Source: Minisyncoccota bacterium
GTDB lineage: Bacteria; Patescibacteriota; Minisyncoccia; UBA6257; GWB1-50-10
Reading direction: 5' to 3'
Length of the DNA stretch: 64,000 nucleotides
Assembly (NCBI GenBank): GCA_020059585.1
Contig: JAGVBU010000002.1
Coordinates: 27,566 to 91,565, forward strand
The translations under genes and the position numbers were made by a program. Below, in pieces: positions 34,695 to 44,538 of the stretch. Numbering within the stretch: position 1 is the stretch's first letter; each line of letters starts with the position of its first letter. The notes below the pieces were generated by a model. It was given only the letters and a program-made list of their open reading frames with translations. It was not told where the DNA came from and did not search any database.

Positions 34695-36152
34695 TTATTT
34701 TTTCCCCTCCGTTTCACGTTCGTACCACATTCCGAGATTCATAATATCTTTTTCGTGGAAGGGCTTCCCGATTATTTGAAACCCCACCGGAAGTTCTCCG
34801 CCGAGGGGATATTTTTTCACCGGAAGCGATACCGCGGGAAGACCCGCAAAATTAGCGGGAATAGTGAATATATCAGAGAGATACATCGCGATAGGATCCG
34901 AAATCTTCTCTCCCACCTTGAACGCTTTTGTGGGAACAACCGGAGCAAGAATCGCATCAACACCTCCTCCGTTCTCACTAAAGGCATTCTCAAAATCGTC
35001 CGCGATGAGTTTTCTAACTTTTTGTGCCTTAAGATAATACGCGTCATAGTATCCCGAAGAAAGCACGAATGTTCCGAGGAGCACTCTCCGTTTTACCTCG
35101 TCGCCGAATCCCCTCCCCCTTGTTTCCTTATAAATGTCCCAAAGCGTGTTTTTCTCCGAATTTCTTCCGTATCGCACCCCATCGAAACGCGCGAGATTTG
35201 AACTCGCTTCCGCGGTCATAATGACATAATAAACGGATACGGCGTATTTCGTATGAGGAAGGGATATCTCTTTAATGGAAAAGCCCTTCTTCCGAAATAC
35301 GTCTATCGCCCCCTCAACCTCACGTGCCACATCCTTATCCATTTTTTCCTCAAAATATTCTTTCGGAATTCCGAGCGTGCGGGTTTTCACGCGGTCCTCG
35401 TCATATAAAGACGCGGGGGCATATTCTCCTCTTTTGCTCGTTGCGTCGTGCGCATCGTGCCCTTTTATCGCGTCAAAGATAATGGCTGCGTCTTCCACCG
35501 TCTTTCCGAATGGTCCAATCTGATCAAGACTCGATGCAAGAGCAATAAGACCAAATCGCGACACCGAACCATAGGTTGGCTTCAATCCCACCACACCGCA
35601 GAATGAGGCGGGTTCGCGGATTGATCCTCCCGTATCCGATCCAAGAGATCCAAGCGCAAAATTCCCCGCAACAGCAGCCGCGGATCCGCCCGATGAGCCA
35701 CCGGGGACGCGCGTCGGGTCGTGCGGATTTTTCGTGGAAAAAAACGCGGAGTTCTCGTTTGAGGAGCCCATCGCGAATTCATCAAGATTCGTTTTCCCGA
35801 GGATAATCCCATGAGCTTCTTTTATCTTCTTTACGACCGTCGCGTCATAGCTCCCCACATATGAATCGAGTATTTTCGATCCGGCGGTCGTCCGCACTCC
35901 CTCAATGAGAATATTGTCTTTTATAGCAAGTGGAACTCCCGCAAGCGGATGGATATCCGCGCCCTTATTCACATATTCATCGACACGCCGCGCCTCCTCG
36001 CGCGCGGACGCGTCACACAAGGTAATAAAGGGGCGTGTCACCTCATCTTCGCGCGCGTTCTTTATATATACATCGACAACTTCTTCCGCGGAAAATTTTT
36101 TATTCTTCAGAGATTTGCCGAATTCTTTTATCGTGAGTGTACGTATATCCAT
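34695..36152 (-). CDS. gatA: Glutamyl-tRNA(Gln) amidotransferase subunit A.
   Basis: Amidase signature GGSSGGSAAAVA. Ser-cisSer-Lys triad context. Start at MDIRTL (36152). Confidence 0.9.
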   Translation of the reverse strand: MDIRTLTIKEFGKSLKNKKFSAEEVVDVYIKNAREDEVTRPFITLCDASAREEARRVDEYVNKGADIHPLAGVPLAIKDNILIEGVRTTAGSKILDSYVGSYDATVVKKIKEAHGIILGKTNLDEFAMGSSNENSAFFSTKNPHDPTRVPGGSSGGSAAAVAGNFALGSLGSDTGGSIREPASFCGVVGLKPTYGSVSRFGLIALASSLDQIGPFGKTVEDAAIIFDAIKGHDAHDATSKRGEYAPASLYDEDRVKTRTLGIPKEYFEEKMDKDVAREVEGAIDVFRKKGFSIKEISLPHTKYAVSVYYVIMTAEASSNLARFDGVRYGRNSEKNTLWDIYKETRGRGFGDEVKRRVLLGTFVLSSGYYDAYYLKAQKVRKLIADDFENAFSENGGGVDAILAPVVPTKAFKVGEKISDPIAMYLSDIFTIPANFAGLPAVSLPVKKYPLGGELPVGFQIIGKPFHEKDIMNLGMWYERETEGKK

Positions 36153-36156
36153 AATA

Positions 36157-36459
36157 TTATTCTCCGTTCCCGAATACGGGCGGCATACACAAAAGGTCAC
36201 CGTGAGATTCAGGAAACTGCCCCACGGTATGCGCGTCCGAAAACTCTTTCTTTTCAGAATCATCGCGAAACACGTTTGTATTAAACGAACCCCCCGCCGC
36301 GGGCGTGACGGTTTCCGTACGAACTTCTTTGAGTTCTTCGAAATAATCTATCACCTTTTCGAGATCGCGAAGCATTTTTTCTTCCTGTCCCTCAGGAAAA
36401 TGCACCTTCGCAAGTTCTTTGAGATGTGCGAGTTTTTCTCGCGTTATAATATCTTCCAT
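36157..36459 (-). CDS. gatC: Glutamyl-tRNA(Gln) amidotransferase subunit C.
   Basis: About 100 aa, directly upstream of gatA, starting MEDIITREKLAHLKELAKV. Confidence 0.8.
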   Translation of the reverse strand: MEDIITREKLAHLKELAKVHFPEGQEEKMLRDLEKVIDYFEELKEVRTETVTPAAGGSFNTNVFRDDSEKKEFSDAHTVGQFPESHGDLLCMPPVFGNGE

Positions 36460-36491
36460 AAATTCTACCTTATCACTTTCACCCCGAGCAT

Positions 36492-38546
36492 TCAATTTTT
36501 TCCTATCATACGCAAAAAATCAATTTCCGAAATGACGGGCACTCCTAATTTTTCCGCCTTTTCTTTTTTTGATCCGGGGTTTTTCCCGGCAATAACATAA
36601 TCGGTCTTTTTTGAAACACTTTCCGAAACTTCTCCTCCGTATGCGCGAATTTTTTCCTTTATTTCATTCCGCTCAAATTGATCAAGCGTTCCCGTGACCA
36701 CAAACGTCTTTCCCGCAAGAATGATATTCTCCTTCTTTTCCGACGCAAGAGAAACGCCCGCGTCATCAAATGCCAAGAGAATTTTCTTATGATCATCCTT
36801 ATGGAACCATTCGAAGAGGCTTTTTCCTACTTTCGGCCCCACATCATCAAGTTTCTGAAAATCTTCAAGGGTAAATTTTGAAAACACGTTCCATATATCA
36901 CTTGGCTTTGAGGGGGACTTTTTCCGCGCGAGAACAGCTCTCGAAAGCATGCGTGCTGTTTCCTCTCCCACGTGAAAAATTCCGAGCGAAAAGATAAAAC
37001 GATCAATGCGAATCCTTTTTTTCTCTTCAATCTCGCGAATTATATTTTCTGCCGATTTTTCTCCGAAGCGCTCCAAAATCGCGATATCTCCCTTTTTGAT
37101 GGAAAAAATATCTGCGGCATCCGAGATCAGACCCTCATCGAGAAATCGATCTATGATCTTTGTTCCAAGTCCCCGAATATCAAACGCACCACGAGATACA
37201 AGATGGTAGAGCGCCTCTTTGTGACGCGCGCCACATTTTGGATTACTGCATCGGGAAAGAGCACCATCGCGGATAATTTCCGATCCGTCGACCGGACACC
37301 GTTTCGGCATTATAAATCGCTTCTCCTTTCCTGTCCTTAATTCGGGAAGCACGCGGGTCACTTTTGGAATAACATCGCCGGCTCTGCGTATCACTACCGT
37401 ATCTCCCACCCTTAATTCGAGCCGCGCAATCTCATCTTCGTTATGGAGGGTTGCGTGGGATACGACTACGCCCCCTATAGCGGTCGGTTCCAATTCAGCA
37501 ACGGGAGTAAGCACACCCGTTCTTCCTACTTGTACTTTTATGGCACGAACGATAGTGGTCGCCTCACGCGGAGAAAATTTGTACGCAACTGCCGCCCGCG
37601 GCGCTTTTCCCACCACTCCCGCGTCGTCGAAAAGATCGCATTCATTTACAATAACGACTATCCCATCTATTTCATACGCGAGACGCTCCCTGTTTTTCTC
37701 CCACGCGTCACGGAACGCGTATACCTCGCCAAGCGTATCCAATTTTCTGTTTTTCGGATTGATCGTAAAGCCCCACGATGAAAGCGCGTGATGTTTCTCT
37801 TCGTGCGTATCGAATGTGATCTCGGGGGCAACGGCAATATCATACTGGAAAGAGCGTAGTTTCCGCGACGCGGTAATCGCGGGATCAAGTTGACGCACGG
37901 ATCCCGCGGCAAGATTTCTTGTATTCGCATAGGGTTTTTCACCATTTTTTTCCTGTACTTTATTTATCCGCTCTAATTCGTCTTTTGTGATGAATATCTC
38001 TCCGCGAACCACAAGGTGGTCAGGAATTTTCCATCGCCCTCTCCGGCGGATCTTTTGCGGGATGTCCGAAATCGTCATGAGATTCTGCGTTACGTCCTCT
38101 CCCACCCGTCCGTCTCCGCGCGTTGACCCTCTCACCAAAATCCCCCTCTCATACGTGAGTTCAATCGCAAGACCATCTATCTTCAATTCGCAATAAAACG
38201 AATGCTTCCGAGATATTCCTCCCGCGGAGGAAAAATGCTTTTCAATGCGATCTTCCCACTCCTCCATTTCCTTTTCTGAAAACGCGTCATTCAAGGAGAG
38301 CATGGGCGTTTCATGGGCTACTTTTTCAAACTTTTCGAGAGGACTCCCTCCCACTTTTTTTGTGGGGGAATCTTCAAGAGAAAATTCGGGATATTTACGC
38401 TCAAGCGCCTCAAGTTCGTTTTTGAGGGTGTCGAACGTTTCGTCGGATATTTCAGGGGCATCAAACGTGTGATATCGCGTGCGGTGATATTCGATAAGCG
38501 TTCTTAGTTTTTCTATCCTTCTTCGTATCTCTTCCTTATGTTCCAT
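36492..38546 (-). CDS. ligA: NAD-dependent DNA ligase.
   Basis: Adenylation motif KIDGLA. OB fold. Zn finger CPVDGSEI...C..C. HhH region and a C-terminal BRCT domain. Confidence 0.9.
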   Translation of the reverse strand: MEHKEEIRRRIEKLRTLIEYHRTRYHTFDAPEISDETFDTLKNELEALERKYPEFSLEDSPTKKVGGSPLEKFEKVAHETPMLSLNDAFSEKEMEEWEDRIEKHFSSAGGISRKHSFYCELKIDGLAIELTYERGILVRGSTRGDGRVGEDVTQNLMTISDIPQKIRRRGRWKIPDHLVVRGEIFITKDELERINKVQEKNGEKPYANTRNLAAGSVRQLDPAITASRKLRSFQYDIAVAPEITFDTHEEKHHALSSWGFTINPKNRKLDTLGEVYAFRDAWEKNRERLAYEIDGIVVIVNECDLFDDAGVVGKAPRAAVAYKFSPREATTIVRAIKVQVGRTGVLTPVAELEPTAIGGVVVSHATLHNEDEIARLELRVGDTVVIRRAGDVIPKVTRVLPELRTGKEKRFIMPKRCPVDGSEIIRDGALSRCSNPKCGARHKEALYHLVSRGAFDIRGLGTKIIDRFLDEGLISDAADIFSIKKGDIAILERFGEKSAENIIREIEEKKRIRIDRFIFSLGIFHVGEETARMLSRAVLARKKSPSKPSDIWNVFSKFTLEDFQKLDDVGPKVGKSLFEWFHKDDHKKILLAFDDAGVSLASEKKENIILAGKTFVVTGTLDQFERNEIKEKIRAYGGEVSESVSKKTDYVIAGKNPGSKKEKAEKLGVPVISEIDFLRMIGKN

Positions 38547-38547
38547 A

Positions 38548-39027
38548 TTAATAACGCACCTGATAGAACGTCTCAAGAAGCCGCTCCGTCCGGTCGGCAG
38601 TACCGAACGAACGCACTCGCAATCCATACACAAGGTCATTCTCGGTGCAATCGACTGACGAGATTCTGTCGGCGCCTACGCACCACAATTTTGCTTTATA
38701 TGAGGCTGAATTTCCCACGGAGCCGTTTAGCGTCAATACTCCATCCTCGAAAATACCGCAATTTCCGGAAGGCGCTCCCGATATCCTGAATACGTTCTCA
38801 TTAAGATAATAGCATCCAAGCGCCTCTTCGAGACCCGCATCAGTCGCGAAAACCGCCATCCCCGAGGTGATCGCGTCATTCGATTGCCGCAATTCCATAT
38901 GCATAAGAAACCCCGCGATTACGGTTGCGGAAAGCACAATGAAGCCGGTGATGATGGTAATAAGTATCATCGCCTGACCATCTCGCGCGTGAAATGTGAT
39001 ATTTTTTCTCGTCATATTTCTTTGCAT
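38548..39027 (-). CDS. Pilus-associated protein with an N-terminal TM helix (PilX-like minor pilin candidate).
   Basis: Hydrophobic segment AMILITIITGFIVLSATVIAGF without the +5 Glu. Position is distal in the pilin gene string. Confidence 0.45.
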   Translation of the reverse strand: MQRNMTRKNITFHARDGQAMILITIITGFIVLSATVIAGFLMHMELRQSNDAITSGMAVFATDAGLEEALGCYYLNENVFRISGAPSGNCGIFEDGVLTLNGSVGNSASYKAKLWCVGADRISSVDCTENDLVYGLRVRSFGTADRTERLLETFYQVRY

Positions 39028-39626
39028 CGATGAGGATCGGCACCGCTTGCGTTCTGTATCTCCCTCGGCAAAATTCGCGAACTCACCGTGGTGCTTATGA
39101 ACGATGATGGCGCCCCCAGAGGATTCTCAAGATTGAGGTTTTTTGATTTTATCTCAAGGCTAATAACAAATCTTGGCGGATAGCATACCGGATTCTGAGA
39201 ATCTCCCGAATAAAACGAATAAAAGCAAAGATTCTTCACCTCAACATTCGAGGCGGTTAAAGGACCGCTTCCTCCTCCTGACGAGGATCTCGTGATCGCG
39301 CCGCCGCTTAACGCATACGTGATCACTACCGGATTTCCTGACATATCTATCTCCTGTCCGCTTGTAAATGTGATTGACTGCGCGCAATCCGAAAGAGACG
39401 CAGCCTGCCCCTCTCCGAAATATCCTGTGCGCAATTCGCGCGCCATCTGCTCAAGTACAAGTCCCGCATTGTTATTCATCGAAATGCGCTCGCTGAGGAA
39501 CCTTTGATTTTTTGTCGCGCCGAAAAATACTCCTATCGCGCCCACAAAAAATACAACAAACACGGTCATCGCGACAAGAAGCTCAACTACCGTGAAACCC
39601 TCGTTATGTGCTTTGTGGTGTTTCAT
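39012..39626 (-). CDS. Type IV prepilin-like minor pilin/pseudopilin.
   Basis: Class III signal peptide G|FTVVELLVAMTVFVV. Confidence 0.65.
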   Translation of the reverse strand: MKHHKAHNEGFTVVELLVAMTVFVVFFVGAIGVFFGATKNQRFLSERISMNNNAGLVLEQMARELRTGYFGEGQAASLSDCAQSITFTSGQEIDMSGNPVVITYALSGGAITRSSSGGGSGPLTASNVEVKNLCFYSFYSGDSQNPVCYPPRFVISLEIKSKNLNLENPLGAPSSFISTTVSSRILPREIQNASGADPHRCKEI

Positions 39627-40180
39627 TATTGCGGATTATACTGGGGAGTTGAACGCTCTCTCCAGTTTTGAAATACATCGGAAAGATGCACTGTATATTT
39701 TCTTCCATCCGCCGTCCATTCCACGAAGGAATCGACAGTGATCACATCGCCGCTCGCGCCCACCTTCACCGTGCGATAGTAGGGAGTTGTGAGCGATCCA
39801 TCATATGAATATCTCCCCGTCGTTTTATTGAGGCGAAGAGGCGTGGTGGAAGTAGAGGCAAGCGAGGAAGGAAGCGTGTCAAGCTTCGTGTCGTATTCAA
39901 TCTCGAACCACCCCGAAAGTCCCTCATTCCACGTCGCTGAATCCGTCCGATATGTTCTTTCCACGTTTGTATCGATTATATTTTTAATCACCTCTATTCC
40001 TTCCGCCGCAAGATAAGTCGCCACAACGCGATTCTCAACATCCTTATTCATATGCGTCGATCGCGTCACAAGATTGAATATCCCCACAAGCCCCACAACA
40101 ACAAGGCTGATCGCGATCATTGATTCGATCATCATGCTTCCCTTCCTCTGACTGTTTTTTTTGAATTGATGATTCAGCAT
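39626..40180 (-). CDS. Type IV prepilin-like minor pilin.
   Basis: KG|SMMIESMIAISLVVV prepilin cleavage/methylation motif. Confidence 0.6.
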   Translation of the reverse strand: MLNHQFKKNSQRKGSMMIESMIAISLVVVGLVGIFNLVTRSTHMNKDVENRVVATYLAAEGIEVIKNIIDTNVERTYRTDSATWNEGLSGWFEIEYDTKLDTLPSSLASTSTTPLRLNKTTGRYSYDGSLTTPYYRTVKVGASGDVITVDSFVEWTADGRKYTVHLSDVFQNWRERSTPQYNPQ

Positions 40181-40188
40181 ATCGAATA

Positions 40189-40707
40189 TTATTTTATTGA
40201 AATAGAGCCTCCCGCGCTCACTTCGATTATTTTTTCATATGGGAGCCCCGCGATTTTCATTCGTATCTCGCCTGAATTTTCCGTTTCAAGATACGGCGCG
40301 ACAAACGCAACCCATCCCTGATTTGGAATCATCGAGAATGACACACCCGAATCAAGCTGATACGAATTCACTGTTTCGCGCGCGCCGGCATTTCCTACGG
40401 GACACGTGAAATCTTCAACGTCCTTCGTGACGCGAAATATCGAATACGCGCCGCCCATCGTGAAAGAGACTCCGTACGCGCACACCCGCACGTCAATATT
40501 CACATCGTCCTTCTTGAGACGCTGGAGCGTGAGGGACTTCGCTTCCTCCAACACGCCCATCACCTTCATCTCCTCCGTATAAAGCAGGAGATTCTTCCCG
40601 CTCGTACGGTTAAACCCTATAAAAAGCGATGAGAGAATCAGCATAATCGCGGTTACCACGATTATTTCAACAATAGAAAATCCTTCTTTTTTCTTCCTAT
40701 TCTCCAT
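40189..40707 (-). CDS. Type IV prepilin-like minor pilin.
   Basis: EG|FSIVEIIVVTAIMLIL. Confidence 0.65.
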   Translation of the reverse strand: MENRKKKEGFSIVEIIVVTAIMLILSSLFIGFNRTSGKNLLLYTEEMKVMGVLEEAKSLTLQRLKKDDVNIDVRVCAYGVSFTMGGAYSIFRVTKDVEDFTCPVGNAGARETVNSYQLDSGVSFSMIPNQGWVAFVAPYLETENSGEIRMKIAGLPYEKIIEVSAGGSISIK

Positions 40708-40755
40708 ATGTATATACCCTAATGATACCACGCGGAGATGGTCTTTTCGAGGAAA

Positions 40756-41664
40756 TTAGAAGGAAAAAAGCGCTGAAAAATACCACTCTATGATCGCGTG
40801 GCCGAAGAACACCGCCGCCACGAATCCAAGCACGAGAAACGGCGCGAATGGAACCCTGTCTTTCATTTTTTTTATCCTCAGAAAAAAGGCCGTTGCCGCC
40901 CATATGCCCCCAAAAAGAAAGGAAAAAAATATCGCAACGCCAACATCAGGCCATCCAAGAAGGATCCCCGAGGAAAACGCGAGTTTCACATCCCCCATTC
41001 CCATTCCTCTCCCTTTGCTCGCGGCAAAAAGCGCCGAGAAAAATGTTCCCGCGATGAGTGACCCCGCGATCCTCCCTCCCACAATTCCCACGAAAGGAGA
41101 GAATATAAGAGTGTAGTTTTTAACAAACGATTCACGAAACGGGATGAGCGTATCTCCATAAAACACGAGAATCGCCGCGATTGCCGCTCCGGACAGCGCG
41201 AAAAAAATATGGAACTCATCGGGAATTATATAGTGCTTTATATCAATAAGAAGCATTACGAGCCACGCGAGAAAAACCGCCGTCCAAAGACTAAGAAGCG
41301 CGTACTGCCACCACGGAGCCGAAAAAGAGAAAAGAGACTCTACTGATATTCCGTAGAATCGCGCGAGAAAGATTGGCACCCCCGCGACGATAAACCCGCT
41401 TATGATTTCGACAAGCGGATATTGAAAAGAGATTTTTTCCTTGCATCTCGCGCACTTCCCCCTCAAAAAAAGAAAACTGAAAATAGGAACGAGAGACGAC
41501 GCGGAAATTGTCTTTCCGCACTTCATGCAATGAGATCTCCCTGTAAAGTGGGGAGTGAAAAAAAGCGGCCGCGCGGGATCATAACGCGCAACGAACACAT
41601 TATTCAGAAAACTCCCCAGCGCCGCGCCAAGAAGGAAAAGCGCGCACGCGAAAAATATTATCAT
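40756..41664 (-). CDS. pilD: Prepilin peptidase (A24 family, PilD).
   Basis: N-terminal Zn-binding CMKCG...CARC. Polytopic, with conserved Asp-containing loops. Confidence 0.85.
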   Translation of the reverse strand: MIIFFACALFLLGAALGSFLNNVFVARYDPARPLFFTPHFTGRSHCMKCGKTISASSLVPIFSFLFLRGKCARCKEKISFQYPLVEIISGFIVAGVPIFLARFYGISVESLFSFSAPWWQYALLSLWTAVFLAWLVMLLIDIKHYIIPDEFHIFFALSGAAIAAILVFYGDTLIPFRESFVKNYTLIFSPFVGIVGGRIAGSLIAGTFFSALFAASKGRGMGMGDVKLAFSSGILLGWPDVGVAIFFSFLFGGIWAATAFFLRIKKMKDRVPFAPFLVLGFVAAVFFGHAIIEWYFSALFSF

Positions 41665-41729
41665 TGTCTATTCATTATAAAAAAAGAGAGGCGCAATTGC
41701 ACCTCCCCTTCCAGTAACACGCTCTATGA

Positions 41730-42143
41730 TTACGGACACAACGCCCCGCTCGGCGCGGTTGTCGTTATCTTTGCGGTACCCGTGCTGTCAACGCAGTAAT
41801 ACTGCGTTGCGCCTGTTCCTGTTTTCGTGAGAAGTGGCGAAGACACCCTATAGTCCGTTCCGGAAACGCTTACAGCAAGCACCCCTCCTTGGCTCGTCAC
41901 TTCTGTCACAAGTCTTACCACAGACGTCTGACCCGTAGTGAAATCAGCATACGGCGTCGCGCTTGCGGGATTATAAAGCGTTTCCGCGATTGCGCGGGCC
42001 TGCTGTATCGCGCTTGTGATTCTTGCGTCTTTTGCCTTATCTCTTGAAGGACCGAGCGCAACCAACACCGCCGCGGAAAGAATACCTATAATAGCGACTA
42101 CCACCAACATTTCAATCAATGTAAAACCCTTATTTGATTTCAT
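41730..42143 (-). CDS. pilA: Type IVa major pilin.
   Basis: MKSNKG|FTLIEMLVVVAIIGIL. 137 aa. C-terminal Cys pair (CVDS...CP) for the D-region disulfide. Confidence 0.8.
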   Translation of the reverse strand: MKSNKGFTLIEMLVVVAIIGILSAAVLVALGPSRDKAKDARITSAIQQARAIAETLYNPASATPYADFTTGQTSVVRLVTEVTSQGGVLAVSVSGTDYRVSSPLLTKTGTGATQYYCVDSTGTAKITTTAPSGALCP

Positions 42144-42209
42144 ATTTACGAAAATTCTTATGCCTCGACCTTGAAAATTGATATGTCTCATTATATCACA
42201 TCTTTTTCC

Positions 42210-43415
42210 TCAAAACGATTGCGTCAAACTGTAGAGCGGAAGGAGAATCGCGGCAAAGAGAAGCGCGATCATTCCCCCGATAATCACCATAAGAAGAGGC
42301 TGGATGAGCGTCACAAGATTATTCACCATATCCTCAACCTCTCTCGTATAAAAATCATTTACCTTTTTCAGAAGTTCCTCGAGTCGCCCCGTTGATTCTC
42401 CTATTGAGACAAGTTGCGACACAAGAGGGGGGAATTCCTCAATTTCCTCAAGAATTTTCGAAAGAAGCTTTCCTTTGCGTATCTGCTCGGACGCTCCCTG
42501 CAAAAGGTCCTCGTATATTTTATTTCCTACCGTTCTCGAGGAAATTTCTATCGCCTGCGGGATAGTGAGTCCGCCACGGATGAGCACGCGCGTTGATTCC
42601 GCGAAACGCGCGATATACATCTTTCTCAAAAGTTTTCCCACTACCGGCGTATGGAGACTCACCTCATCAAGCACGAGACGCCCTTCCTTCGTCTGTAAAT
42701 AATCGATAAGGATAAAAATGAATATCGCGAATAGAAGCATCATCGCCCACCACCACTCCCCTATGAATATTCCCGACTTTAATATAAGCGTCGTATAGAA
42801 AGGAACCGCGACATTTGCCTCTTCAAACACCGGCATAATCTGCGGAAACACAAATGTCACCATGATAAGAATCACGACGAAAAAGAGTATGACAACGAAG
42901 ACAGGATACGCGAGCGCATTCTGAACTTTCGATTTCAAAAGAGCCTGCTTCTCGAGATAGTCCGCGAGGAAGTCCATCACCTCCGAAAGACGCCCGGTGA
43001 CCTCCGCGGAGCGCACCATATTGATGTAAAAATCGGAAAAAATTCCCGGATGTTTTTCAAATGCCTGCGACAAGGAGAATCCGGCGTCAACGTCGTTCGA
43101 TATCTCATAGATCGCTTCCTTGAGAATCGGGTTTGTTGTCTGTTTGAAAAGATTTATAAGACTGTCTGAAATGGAAACCTGTGACGCGAGAAGTGTCGCG
43201 AATTGCCGCGTGAAAATCATCACGTCGTTCACCTTCACCCGCTTCAAAAATCCAAGGATGCGCTCGTACCACACGTCGTTCTTTTCCTCCTCGATACTCA
43301 GCACAAAAAGCCCGTGTCCAAAAAGTATATTGAGCGCGGTTTCTCTGTTTGACGCCTCCACGTCTCCCACCTGCAACTCGCCCTCCTTTGTTCTCGCTTT
43401 GTATTGAAACTTCAT
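42210..43415 (-). CDS. pilC: Type IV pilus inner-membrane platform protein (GspF/PilC family).
   Basis: 401 aa. Two repeated GspF domains. Family-typical topology and sequence. Confidence 0.9.
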   Translation of the reverse strand: MKFQYKARTKEGELQVGDVEASNRETALNILFGHGLFVLSIEEEKNDVWYERILGFLKRVKVNDVMIFTRQFATLLASQVSISDSLINLFKQTTNPILKEAIYEISNDVDAGFSLSQAFEKHPGIFSDFYINMVRSAEVTGRLSEVMDFLADYLEKQALLKSKVQNALAYPVFVVILFFVVILIMVTFVFPQIMPVFEEANVAVPFYTTLILKSGIFIGEWWWAMMLLFAIFIFILIDYLQTKEGRLVLDEVSLHTPVVGKLLRKMYIARFAESTRVLIRGGLTIPQAIEISSRTVGNKIYEDLLQGASEQIRKGKLLSKILEEIEEFPPLVSQLVSIGESTGRLEELLKKVNDFYTREVEDMVNNLVTLIQPLLMVIIGGMIALLFAAILLPLYSLTQSF

Positions 43416-43426
43416 TTTTTTATATA

Positions 43427-44497
43427 CTATGAACGCTCAAGCAATATTCTCAATTCCGAAGGATTCAGCGAATAGGCCTCTGCCTGCTCCACAGAAATTT
43501 CTTTTCGCTTTATCAGGTTTACAAGCGATCGGTTCAGAGACATCATTCCGTCCTGAACGCTTGTTTCTATCACAAGATCAATCTGATATATCTTCTTCTC
43601 GCGAATAAGATTTCTGATCGCGGGATTTACAAGCATGATTTCCGCCGCGGGCACGCGTCCCCCTCCAACACGTGGAACAAGACGCTGGGATACCGTCGCG
43701 ACAAGCGTTGACGCGAGCTGCGAAATCACCTGTCCCTGCTGATTTGGGGGAAAGCTGTCGATAATGCGATCTATTGTCTGGGACGCCGAGTTAGTATGAA
43801 GCGTGGAAAATACGAGATGTCCGGTTTCCGCCGCGGTCATCGCGGTCGCGATTGTTTCCGGATCGCGCATTTCCCCAACCATAAGCACATCAGGATCCTG
43901 ACGGAGAATCGCACGGAGCGCATCCTGAAACGAATGCGTATCGTCCCCGACTTCACGCTGTGAAATTATCGAACGATCCTGCGAAAAAATATATTCAATG
44001 GGATCTTCCACGGTGACAATATGATCGTTTCTCGTGTGGTTTACCTCATCGAGCATCGCCGCAAGCGTCGTGGACTTTCCATGTCCCGCGGGACCCACAA
44101 TAAGAATAAATCCTTGATTCATCCGCGCGAAATCATGCAATATCGGCGGAAGACTCAATTCCTCTATCGTGCGTATCTGAGCGGGAATAAGACGGAGCGC
44201 CGCGGCAACAAATCCCCTCTGAAAATAGACGTTTACGCGAAACCTCGCCTTATCTTCGAAATTGTATGAAAAGTCTATCTGCCTGCGGTCGAGAAGCTCT
44301 TTCATCTGCTCCTCTGTGAGCATCGCGGAAATAAGTCCCTCCGCATCCTCTTTTGTGATGATAGATTCTTTCGCAAGCGGAATGAGCACGCTATCAATGC
44401 GTATCGTGGGGCGCCGTCCCACAGCGATATGAATATCCGACGCGTTTTGCTTCGCGGTCACAAGAAGAAGTTCGTTGAGTTTTTGCTTATAATCCAT
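43427..44497 (-). CDS. pilT: Type IV pilus retraction ATPase PilT.
   Basis: 356 aa. Walker A GPAGHGKSTT. Asp box. Walker B LVGEMRD. His box. No N-terminal extension, which fits PilT rather than PilB. Confidence 0.85.
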   Translation of the reverse strand: MDYKQKLNELLLVTAKQNASDIHIAVGRRPTIRIDSVLIPLAKESIITKEDAEGLISAMLTEEQMKELLDRRQIDFSYNFEDKARFRVNVYFQRGFVAAALRLIPAQIRTIEELSLPPILHDFARMNQGFILIVGPAGHGKSTTLAAMLDEVNHTRNDHIVTVEDPIEYIFSQDRSIISQREVGDDTHSFQDALRAILRQDPDVLMVGEMRDPETIATAMTAAETGHLVFSTLHTNSASQTIDRIIDSFPPNQQGQVISQLASTLVATVSQRLVPRVGGGRVPAAEIMLVNPAIRNLIREKKIYQIDLVIETSVQDGMMSLNRSLVNLIKRKEISVEQAEAYSLNPSELRILLERS

Positions 44498-44538
44498 TCT
44501 TTTATCTTATCATACTTTTTCTCCGTATTCCTTGAGGA